From positions 1 to 15,260 of the forward strand of contig CBFFRP010000574.1 in NCBI GenBank assembly GCA_965644295.1: a stretch of DNA of 15,260 bases. The letters are read 5' to 3'. This document shows, in pieces, positions 1-10,023 of this stretch. A program made the translations under genes and the position numbers. The DNA comes from Paraphysomonas bandaiensis. Its lineage: Eukaryota; Protista; Chrysophyceae. The notes under the pieces are model-generated. The model had not been told where the DNA came from and searched no databases. It was given only the letters and a program-made list of their open reading frames with translations. Within the stretch, counting starts at the first letter, position 1. Every line of letters starts with the position of its first letter.

Positions 1-529
1 GGTCTCAACTGAGAAGGCTTTCGGCCCTGACTCTATACAGGGAATAATGGGTGATTTCCAGAATATTCCAGGATTTATCCGGCCTTATACTTGGGTGATG
101 GCAATTTTTGAGGAACATGGTCCTGGGCCGCCACCTTGGGTCAGATTAGAGTGTTGATTCACAATTTGGGCTGTTACAAAGCCTCTAGATGCAGTTCGGC
201 GGATTGGCTCTGTATTTTTGGTGTGCATGGAGCAATGACTCTCATACTCCGGAATCCCCTACATTGCAGCGCGTGCATCACCTACTTTGAGCTTGAGTAG
301 CTAGAGATTTTCAAGAAATATTATGAAGAGGAGATCGGGAGCATGTGGTATCATGGAGCATTTTTCTACTAGAAGATTCATCAAGACAGGATTTTGCTTG
401 ACTTGTCAGTTGGAATTCTTGTGTGGGAGTCCTATGGACTGTTCATATTGAGAACAATTATGAGAATGAGAGAGGAGAGAGGGCAGTGTACAGCGGCGCT
501 GCAACAACTGATCAACGGTATCCAACTGT

Positions 530-550
530 AAAAGAGGGAAGCAAGGGTAG
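530..550 (+). other. Polypurine tract (PPT)
   Basis: AAAAGAGGGAAGCAAGGGTAG abutting a TGT LTR start. Confidence 0.65.
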
Positions 551-1442
551 TGTAACGCTGTGGCGTTCAACTATTATTCCATCGTACTCTCTATTCTCTA
601 GCGGGCATATAATGGACTACGGACGTCGAGAATGAGTGTGACTCAAACCAGCGGTGATATGTGGTATTTTATGCATACTATGTTACATCTATGCTTGTAT
701 GTACACTACACTATGTGATTGCACTGCTTATTATTATCAAGGCATTTGTATTGAAGTAGTGCTCTGCATGTATCACCTATACCATACACTCACACCTCAC
801 ACACATTACATTCACAATACATCACACCACACCACACATATATGACATATATTATACACCTTATCCATTATTGCATACATACTACACTTCACACTTATAA
901 CTCTGTATGCTGTATTGGTATTGATTCTTCTCTAGCTGCAGATAGGAGGAATTAGATATCAATATAGTGCATTCACATTCATCTATACCTTCTTCTATCT
1001 CTATATGTATGTGTATTACCATCTATATCCATCATCACACTCTTATCACTTGCATACTGTATGGCATATAGTGCTCGTGCTTGTATAAGATCCAAGTCTT
1101 GTCATAAGCACGATCTGCATGTATACATGACATGAATATGACGTATGTATGGTATATGTACACATTGTATCACCTGAGGGTCCATTCATCTTGTCATGAG
1201 GCCATTGGTACTCTCTGTGTGGTCTTCATATTCCTGTGGAGCGCAGTGGACTCTAACTCCTCGTGTTCATGATGTTTGGAGCCGTGACTTGCGTCGGACG
1301 TCTGTCATTATGGACTTGACTAGTGTGCCAAGTGTCATCATTCATCTCTTACTGGTTATGGAGTGTTGACATGTGTCTGCAATGAGCGTTAAGAGCATCA
1401 TCATCTTCAGTCTCTTCTCAACTGTTGTTTTTGTCGTATACC

Positions 1443-1473
1443 GTATTTACTGTATTTACTGTATTTACTGTAT
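1443..1473 (+). repeat. 9-bp tandem repeat (GTATTTACT x3 plus partial)
   Basis: Read directly from the sequence. Confidence 0.85.
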
Positions 1474-1915
1474 ACTCCTGGATACTACTCTGGTATGCGG
1501 GATGTATGAGACCTTGTACTCCTCTGTATCTACGATTGTATGATGCTGTATATGATTCTGAGTATACAGTATTGTACTGTTGTATATCTGTATATGGTCT
1601 ATAGTACAGTGACGGTATATTGTCGAGTACAAGCATATGATTGGACGATATTCTCATTTTGGTGTGCTGGAGACTCTTTTGGTTGGAGTTGGTCTTCATA
1701 GCATTCTACGGGAGTGTTCCAGAAAACTGATATGTCCACATAATCAACCAAATCTTGTATAATCTTTTGTAGAATATTGTTCTAGATGTTATTATGTGTT
1801 TCTAGATAGCTTGTAGAACATGAGTGGTTCTTTATGAGTTATTTTGTGTTCTGCTTGCTGTTCAGATTTATGTTATAGTGCCTTACACCTTAACACGTAG
1901 TTGGAGGTGTCCAGT

Positions 1916-1923
1916 TATAAGAG
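1916..1923 (+). promoter_or_regulatory. Candidate LTR TATA box
   Basis: TATAAGAG about 140 bp upstream of the inferred LTR end, a position compatible with U3-R-U5 layout. Confidence 0.3.
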
Positions 1924-2166
1924 CTTGGGGGTGCCTGAGCTGTTGTGAGGCTTTAATAACAAGAGCATTCTTCTTCTTTTCCTTTCTTCATTCTTATATT
2001 TCCTTATTTATTCATATATAGTGGCTGCACCCGGTGTTATACCTCGGGTTAGCAATACAGGTGTGATGTCCACTTTATCTGCCGATGATGATGTACACTA
2101 TGATCTGCTGATGGTGACTTCACGCAATGTGAAACCTGCCACAAATTTATAATAAAGTTATGTGGG

Positions 2167-2182
2167 TCACACTAGTGAAATA
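2167..2182 (+). repeat. Left TSD (TCA) plus left TIR (CACTAGTGAAATA)
   Basis: The TIR is the exact reverse complement of 10634-10646. Confidence 0.96.
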
Positions 2183-2184
2183 GA

Positions 2185-2571
2185 GGTAGTTCAAAAGGTA
2201 GTTCAAAAGGTAGTTCAAAAGGTAGTTCACTTGAAGTTCAAAAGGAAGTTCCAAAGAAGTTTAAAAGAAGTTCAAAAGGTAGTTCAAAAGGTAGTTCAAA
2301 AGGTAGTTCAAAAGGTAGTTCACTTGAAGTTCAAAAGGTAGTCTGTAAGGTAGTTCAAAAGGTAGTTCACTTGAAGTTCAAAAGGTAGTCTATAAGGTAG
2401 TTTATACGGTAGTTCAAAAGGTAGTTTGTAAGGTAGCTTATACGGTAGTTCAAAAGGTAGTTTGTAAGGTAGTTCAAAAGGTAGTTTATACGGTAGTTCA
2501 AAAGGTAGTCTATAAGGTAGTTCAAAAGGTAGTTTGCTTAAAGTTCAAAAGGTAGTTTGTAAGGTAGTTCA
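2185..2571 (+). repeat. Left subterminal array of the 12-bp motif GGTAGTTCAAAA and variants (roughly 32 head-to-tail units)
   Basis: Contiguous units such as GGTAGTTCAAAA, GGTAGTTTGTAA, GGTAGTTTATAC and TGAAGTTCAAAA. Confidence 0.95.
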
Positions 2572-2735
2572 TCAGCAAGCCATATTAATGAAGTCCATAC
2601 AGGAGTTCATTCTGTGTTTTTATATATAAATTAAGCACTTATTATTATGATAACTTTCACACATTATAAACACGATTAAATAACAAATACCAGAAAACTC
2701 AAATATAAAAAAGGAGAAATATCCGAACGCTGGCT

Positions 2736-2800
2736 TAAAATTGAAATCGTAGTAATGTAAAAATTGAAACTGTAGTAAAATGTAAAAATCGAAATCGTAG
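2736..2800 (+). repeat. Degenerate ~22-25-bp tandem repeat x3 in the 3' UTR region of the cargo gene
   Basis: TAAAATTGAAATCGTAGTAATG / TAAAAATTGAAACTGTAGTAAAATG / TAAAAATCGAAATCGTAG. Confidence 0.6.
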
Positions 2801-2840
2801 AAAGTGGAACCAAAGAAATGCCCCAGCACGCAACTAAATA

Positions 2841-5751
2841 TCAATTCTTCTTCTTGTTGACGACATTCCGTTTCTTGTATATATATATATATCAGGTCAT
2901 CAAAAGAAGAAAGTATATAAATTACATTTGTGGGTGGCTTCGTTTTTCTTCCACTAGAAGTTTTCTTCTGGGAGGCGGAGTCGAAATCCGAGTAGTTGGA
3001 GCACTCGTCATCATCGTGGTATTTATCTTTTGTCTCAACTTCACATTTCACATGGGTCTGCCTACATATAAAAGCTTATATGATAACTATCAATCATATA
3101 TACATGTGCATACATATTATATATATAATTACATATATGTACCCTCGAGATGCACACGTGACACACAACGTCTGCTTCTTCTTGCCGTTGTCTCTGGAAT
3201 CGAGCATTTGACGGTTTGCACAGCTATGTGTTACCTTTGCTTCGCAGCCTACACATTCTGGAGTATCATCGTCTAAGTCTATAAGTAACCCACAGTCACG
3301 GAAAGGACAAGCGCATCTGGCCTGCGTATAATATATTTTATAAATGTTGTGTATTTAAGTATACATATATTATTATATAATATATTTTAGAAATATTTAC
3401 AAAACACATATACAGTACGTTATTACGTTGTTATTATTTTTATAATATTTAACTCTACTACAACATACTTATTATAAATATAATATAGGTATTTAACTGA
3501 CATACCATGCATGTTTCCACGCAATATGCTCCTTTGCTAATCATGGCCGAGCTATCCATCATTTTGTAATTGCTTTTACAGAATTTCTTAAGCTCAACTC
3601 TCTTTTCATCGATATCGTCAAGAGAGAATATGTGAATATTAATTTTCTTTTTCACTGCTGTAAGCAAAGGACGATCATTCAAAATTTCATTCATTCTCAG
3701 CTCGATAACTTTTCGAGCATACAGCATAACGAAGATTCCGCAATCAAAAGCGTTATTTTGTCGCGGAACGAAAGTCTAATAAAACACCATTTAGAACAAT
3801 AGCTTCGTATATTATTGTGTCATACTGCATGCATTGTATGTAACAAACATAACTACTTACACTGCAGTTAATACATGATAACTGAGTAAAGTCATTTCGT
3901 GTACCATTAACTCTTTGCCACTCCAATGCGAGATATCTACAAACAGTTTGATATATTATATAGTACCAAAACGTTATTAGATAGTATGAACCTTTTAATA
4001 TTGGTTGTTATCTCCTTGGATGGATGTATCCTCTTTGAGTCAAAGTATAGAAGATAAGACTGCTGAACGGTTCTTCCAGCCGATCGGGAAATTGGGTATG
4101 ACTCGGGACTGCATGGATTTACATAGCACATCACGCTCCAGTGGTCGGAGAATACGATTGGAAAAAATAAGTACGTCTTCTCAAAAATACTTTTCTTGCG
4201 TGTAGTCCACCTGCGTACTCTCTCATACGCAATATCTGACTGCTCACCTATACTAGGGTTTTCCATTAGCTTCGTGTAAAAACAGCTCGGAAATGCATGT
4301 ATCATGGAAACTTCAAGGTCGCATGCACTGGACGATGTACAACTGGGAATGTTTTCGATTCCCAACCGCCGAAATTCTAAATCTACTAGACTGTCATTAA
4401 GGTTTTCACGGGGTTCCAAACGAGCAACATCATGTGTATTAATCCTAATGGCTCCAATAGCCTACGTAAATTACATCACTGCATACATAATATTATATCA
4501 GTTACCCTAACCTTCTCATATAAGGGGAATTTAAAAAGTGTTTTGGCTTCAACATCCAGTTTAGGGTTGACATACTCGCCCTGTAGGTCCAAAACTTCAA
4601 AGTTAGAGGTTTGTGTCTCACGCAACTTTGTTGTAGGCAAGCTTGTCACCCTTTGTGTATACTGTACCATATATAGTTAGAAAAAGTTCAAATAATTTAC
4701 ATAAATACAGTCAACATTATTCAATCATACAAAAATAAATTCAATACAAACCTTATCCTCAGATATGGATGATTCATTCTCCTTATAACTGTCGATTTCG
4801 TCTATACGTTTTCTTTTTCGACCACCTCTTCTTGTTCCCTATGTCATGCAATATTTACAAGAGTAGTATAACATTATTATGGAACGCACCTCAGAAGGTT
4901 TTCTGCAAGCTTGTTGATGTTCAGTGCTTTCCTGTGAACTTGAACCACTACTTTTAATGTCATCATTCTTTCTCCTGGCTAACTTTACGCCAACTTTGTA
5001 GGCGTCAACTACTTGTATTACGTAGGTTAGTAAACCAATCACTTAATAATGTCAATATAACCGTACATCTGTTATTCCGGATTTCTTTTATTTTCAAATT
5101 TATCTGAGTTGTGACCTTGTCTGTGTCACAGTCTGTAAAAATAGCACCCGGATAAGTGAGTGACGAAATATATATATATATATATAACATATATATATTA
5201 TCAAAACATATATATATGCATATATAATACATCAAAACATCATACAGTACAACATAACACAGGTATATATAATATTATGTCAATAATATATATACATTTT
5301 TACCATTGACACTCAGTTTCCTGATCAGCCCGTGAGAGACAATGGATCCAATTCTCCCAGTCGCATTTTTGAACTCATGTTCACTCATCACAGCAAACTT
5401 GCCGTGAACTGATATCTTACCATTTTCACGTTGGTCTGGCTCATTGAGGCATTCTTGGAAATATATCGAAACAATCGAGTGAAGTAAAGTGCACCACGCC
5501 TGCCTCGCAGGAGTTTTTCCCCTTACACATAGGTCCTCACTGAAGTTTTTACCCATTAAAGCTTCCTTTCCTAGCAACATTACCGTAAAGGTTTTCTCAC
5601 TAAAACTTTTCCAGCAGTTAACACGCGGGGGTTGACCTCCATCCTCATATGCGCCCTGGAATAAGCTGACCAGTTTTTCAACTCTGACGACTACATCAAG
5701 GATGTCGCTAAGTTTTTCAGTCAACTCGCTAAACGTGTTCGGAGGAGGCAT
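2841..5751 (-). CDS. Transposon-borne Ulp1-family (peptidase C48, Ulp2/SENP6-7-like) SUMO protease with C-terminal PHD-like zinc finger; 11 exons, ~678 aa
   Basis: Hand-spliced GT-AG exons (minus strand): 5751-5304, 5132-5067, 5011-4890, 4838-4752, 4661-4512, 4461-3992, 3936-3861, 3775-3506, 3321-3143, 3061-2926, 2873-2841; 2037 nt, all phases compatible. Motifs: IRINTHDVARLEPRENLNDSLVD, FYTKL, YERVRRWT, IFEKTYLFFPIVFSDHW (His 4141-4143), LYFDS (Asp 4039-4041), VPRQNNAFDCGIFV (Cys 3740-3742). TACTAAC branch site at 5026-5032. Protease exons are firm; terminal exons and one-gene continuity are less certain. Confidence 0.88.
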
Positions 5752-6169
5752 ATCTTATATTAGATGGGATGTCAGTTGATGTGTTCTAATGAAGGGTATA
5801 CCATACACATACATACATACATATATGACAACTTTATATTATGACAATCAATCGAATCTACACATATCGAATCAATCAGCAGTGTAGAGTGTGGAGAGGA
5901 AGTTCAACAGTGTCACCTCTATGCAGCAGAGTATTCTTTGAAGTTTGAAGTTTGAAAGTGTGTGTTTTTTAGAAGTCCGAAGTGGTTCAGAAAAATTGAC
6001 AAATGTTTTGAACCACTGCAGATACTGTATATAATATGCCGATCAGTGAAAAAATCAAGGTTTTTTAGGTATATGCTGTTTTTTTATGACGATATATTAT
6101 TTTTTGCCTCTGGATGTCTATGTCTGACAATCAGATGCGTTGTTGTGATCAGCACATATCAAATAAGAG
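5752..6169. promoter_or_regulatory. Putative bidirectional promoter (418 bp) between the cargo gene and the transposase
   Basis: Head-to-head start codons at 5751 (-) and 6170 (+). Contains the inverted repeat AGTGGTTCA (5981-5989) / TGAACCACT (6009-6017). Confidence 0.6.
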
Positions 6170-9100
6170 ATGATGTCAGACAAGTTTACTCCGATTGAAC
6201 GGCTTGTGATGGAGTTGGATAGTGTTGATGATTGTTTTCCGTCAACTTTTCCCCGTCATCGTGATCGTCATGTCAACAGGAGAAGTACAAAGCCACGAGA
6301 CGACTTATGCACGACAAGTGAACCTGTTAATAACATGTCAGACAAGTTTACTCCGATTGAACGGCTTGTGATGGAGTTGGATAGTGTTGATGATTGTTTT
6401 CCGTCAACTTTTCCCCGTCATCGTGATCGTCATGTCAACAGGAGAAGTACAAAGCCACGAGACGACTTATGCACGACAAGTGAACCTGTTAATAACATGT
6501 CAGACAAGTTTACTCCGATTGAACGGCTTGTGATGGAGTTGGATAGTGTTGATGATTGTTTTCCGTCAACTTTTCCCCGTCATCGTGATCGTCATGTCAA
6601 CAGGAGAAGTACAAAGCCACGAGACGACTTATGCACGACAAGTGAACCTGGACCACCAGAACAACATGACAGCACATTGTCATCCTGTAAATTTGATACA
6701 TTTACATCTCCAAAATACGATGCATTTTCTGAAGTTGGTGCTGTTAATAAATGGTTTGCTGAATCCCGGAATTTGCAATTGACACATCGTGGTGGATGTA
6801 GATCTGAATTAGGATCCACTCCGCTGTTTCCAGGTGCAAGCACAAGAATGTCCGAAATGGCGAAAGCTATTGTAGCACTACGACATCGCTTTCGAAGTCA
6901 AATGGGAGATGAGTTGACTGGTGCGATTGTTGCCTTGTTCGCCAAATTTCTGCCTACTGGTAATGCTGTTGAGGTGGCACTACGAAAGAAGAATTCAACA
7001 TACATTCTCAATGATATCATAATTCAGTCAATACTTGAAGATAATAGGAGTCATATGCCGTGCACAATATTTGAGAGGTATGGCTATATACAGCAATGTA
7101 CGTCTTTCAACTGAACTATAGCTATAATAATATAGATGTGTGAATGGATGTCAGACGTTCGCAGGACACAGATCGGAGTACCGTTATTGTAGTAAATGTG
7201 GTGAAAAGCGCACAAACGATCAGAAGTATTACTACTTTCCACTTCAAGTACGTCTATTGAAGTTGCTAACTTCTTTCTTGGGAGCTTTGTTCCATTACAA
7301 CGAGTATATGTCTTCTCGAACAGACGACACAATATCAGACGTGTTTGATGGCATTCGTTGGAAGCAGTTTGAGCAAGAAATGTCCGAGAATGAAAAATTT
7401 GTTGGCATGTTGCTTGGGTGGGATAGTGGACAAAAATTTAATCGAGCACCAGGTGGGTGATAGCTATTATATAGTAATTATAAGTTTTATTTTATACTTA
7501 TTTGGTATTCTATATAAGTACGTATACAATGAAATTTCGTTTAAAGTTATCATAATTTGTCACTTCACTTACTAGGTGAATCATTCACTCCCATCTTTGT
7601 GACAATATTGAATCTTCCTCCTTGTTTGAGAGACAAGTTGCATGTTGGTTTGTTTATTACATGCTTAGATGATGGAAATCATTACTGTGTTTGGGATACT
7701 TTTGTCAAGGAACTGAATTATTTGTGGAGGGTAGGAATCGTTGTGCGTGGCATTAGATACCGCTTTGGAATTGTTACGTTTAGTCTAGATCGGAAGGCTA
7801 CCGAGAGTTTGACTCGGACACAGAATACACAAGCCTACGCAGGTTGTAATGTGTGCCACTACCCTACCATAAGAGTCGGAAACTCGCATTGTTTTACAGG
7901 GTCAAGGCGAGAATTGCCAGCTGATCATCCCAAGCGTAATGCAACACCATATAATAAGCGTAAGTCTGGTAAAGGGCTACAGTTTCGCCAACGTGAAGAT
8001 GCTCCACCACCAACTGAACGTACATACAATGAGTATTTACGAAATGCCGAAACAGCTGAATCAAATGCCAACAGTGAGCCTTTTGATGGAGTCCATGGAG
8101 TTTGGGCATTAAACAAATTGGATTATGCCTCTTTGATTCATTGGGGACAAGATGGTACGTGGTATGCCACTACTAATCTGAGCCCACTACTTTTTTACGA
8201 GCTTCTGTGTGCTGTATTGTAATATGCAAAATAAACTTCAATAAAACATGTGAATATGTAATATATATTATTTGCGTCTTTATGCTGTTTACCTAATTAA
8301 TGTAGGCATGCATTTATTGATGCATATAGTCGAAGACTCCATGAAAGTACTCAAACGAACTAAAGGGACAAAGAAAAACAGAACTACCACAGATAGTGTC
8401 TTGAAATGGTGTCGGGACAACAATGTTCATGGGGATGTAACCAGCTCTGGTATGATTCATCCAAAGTGGACACTCACTCGAGGTGAAGAAATTGAGGTTC
8501 ACAAGACAATGCAGGATAAGCCCTCAGGAGAAGTTCCGTGGACAATGCGATTCCCTCTAGACTACAACGGCGGCTATTATACGCACGATAAAATAATGTG
8601 GGCAGCAAACTATGCAGAAGAATGTTTGAGAGGAAAAGGAGATGAATGTGTAACCAATAACATCTTAGAATTGTTTGAAATGGTCAAAACCGCTATCCAG
8701 TTTCAGTTTAGCAAGAAAGACTTAGACGAATCAATAATTCCAAGACTGATTGAAGTTTTGGTAGACCACGAGGGATTGTTACCTCCAACAGGTAGTTGTG
8801 AATCTTTACAAAAACTTCAACATGCAACTTAGGGTACATATTTTGTCAACAGAATCCACAGTTGCTTTTCATTCTATACTACATCTTTTCCGCGATATTA
8901 AAGTCACTGGCCCACCACGTCAACTCTGGATGTTTAAATTTGAAAGGCAAATAAAAGTTCTTAAAGGCATGATTCGAAACACGCGATACCCAGTTGCATC
9001 CATGGCCAAAAATTATCTAATAGACGAAATGATATGTGTTGATATTGCACTCTCGCTTCCCAATATTTCAGCATTGGACCATTTCTTAGACAATGCATCT

Positions 9101-9896
9101 GAAACTGTATCTTCTACAATACGAGATCTCATCAGCGGTTTAAGTTCTTTGAAGTACATCGACGGAAAAATTCATTGTTCATATGATGCTGATAATCGCC
9201 AAAAATCTCCCACATTTAAAGATATCGATCCCAACCTGATTACATTTTTAACTGATGATATTTGGAATCCCGAGGAAACATGGTCCTCAGGCCTAGGGAC
9301 ATCATCGGAGAGGTTGTTGCTAAACTTGCAAATAGAAACGATTTATAACTGTAGTATGATTTATCTTCATGACAACTATTAAATTTTATATTAATTACAA
9401 CTCAAGTTCATTTGTGTACAGAATTGTACCAGAGTACATCCAACAAAAATATGAAGAAGATATTGATAGTAACGATGAGCAATATTCAGGTTCGGAGATA
9501 ATATCTGACTCTTCTGATTCAAACTTTGGTAAGAATATTTTTTTGTAAATGGGGCTTATATATTTATTTGTTGTTATAATAGAATGTCATCATGGCTGGA
9601 AAGAAGTACGAAATCGTCAAGGTTCCAAAGTCGATAAAACATATATCCCTTATTATAAGAGTGCAGCTGAGAAAGTCGGTAAAACGTTTATAAAAGTCGA
9701 CACTTCCGAGAAGTATGTTATCCGTAGAGTTGTCCGACATTCAGATTATGAAGACTTTTATTTTGCATCCGAGAAAAACTCTGATCATTTGGGAAATGCA
9801 CCCAGTACGAGTCAAATTGAGTACTTTCAATGCAAGGAACTCATGACCACTAGGCGAAGAAAAAGGAAATTTGAATGGGTAGCACAGTCACCTTGA
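6170..9896 (+). CDS. CACTA/EnSpm TnpD-type DDE transposase (Transposase_21/tnp2- and DUF4218-like regions); 7 exons, ~1056 aa
   Basis: Hand-spliced exons 6170-7077, 7136-7452, 7576-8154, 8306-8791, 8853-9312, 9422-9528, 9583-9896; 3171 nt, in frame. Motifs: CVNGC..CSKCGEKR..YYYFPL, LGWDS (Asp 7422), TILNLPPCLR, SLDRKA (Asp 7788), GCNVC, DGMH across an exon junction, HSILHL..GPPRQLWMFKFER (Glu 8942)..LKGMIRN..PVASMAKNY. The donor at 9313 (GTTGTT) is weak. Confidence 0.93.
6173..6650 (+). repeat. 162-bp in-frame tandem repeat, ~2.95 copies (54-aa unit)
   Basis: Units start with ATGTCAGACAAG at 6173, 6335 and 6497; no differences seen by eye. Confidence 0.97.
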
Positions 9897-10023
9897 ATTT
9901 ATATTTATTATTATTTACTTAATGAACGATACTTTAATTTTATTTCCGCATACATACCATATATATATATTATATATGAACTGCTTTATGATCTTTTTCG
10001 TTGTTGATAATTTTGAAACTTCG

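Larger units (their letters stand above)
1..2059 (+). mobile_element. 3' portion of an LTR retrotransposon (3' internal region, PPT and 3' LTR), probably Gypsy-type
   Basis: Purine tract AAAAGAGGGAAGCAAGGGTAG (530-550) directly followed by TGTAACGCT. The junction AGGGTAG|TGTxACGC also occurs at the bona fide Gypsy 3' end (15168-15182). No pol domain is recognisable in 1-529. Confidence 0.6.
551..2059 (+). repeat. Putative long terminal repeat (~1509 bp)
   Basis: Starts TGTAACGCT and ends AGCAATACA (7/9 match to the reverse complement of the start, TG...CA rule). Non-coding and low complexity, with TATA-like TATAAGAG at 1916-1923. The partner LTR is not in the window, so the 3' boundary is inferred. 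Confidence 0.5.

Noticed and set aside
423-2021. Short ORFs 423-635, 654-845, 1418-1699 and 1824-2021
   Set aside because: Low-complexity translations in or across the inferred LTR with no recognisable motifs.
2185-2571. CRISPR array or telomeric repeat
   Set aside because: 12-bp units with no unique spacers, mirrored at 10024-10633 and bounded by CACTA TIRs: transposon subterminal repeats in eukaryotic DNA.
2620-2840. Hydrophobic Phe-rich tail of ORF 2620-3051 as a membrane anchor
   Set aside because: Better explained as read-through of an intron (2925-2874) into AT-rich 3' UTR; the spliced model stops at 2841. Not excluded without RNA data.
2818-4957. Plus-strand ORFs overlapping the Ulp1-like gene
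   Set aside because: Antisense shadows of the minus-strand exons and introns.
5167-5230. (TA)n runs as a functional repeat
   Set aside because: Ordinary intronic microsatellite.
3937-9896. Prokaryotic operon of many small genes, or a fragmented pseudogene
   Set aside because: The fragments join in frame through canonical GT-AG introns, and conserved motifs (DGMH, RCVNGC) are rebuilt across junctions.
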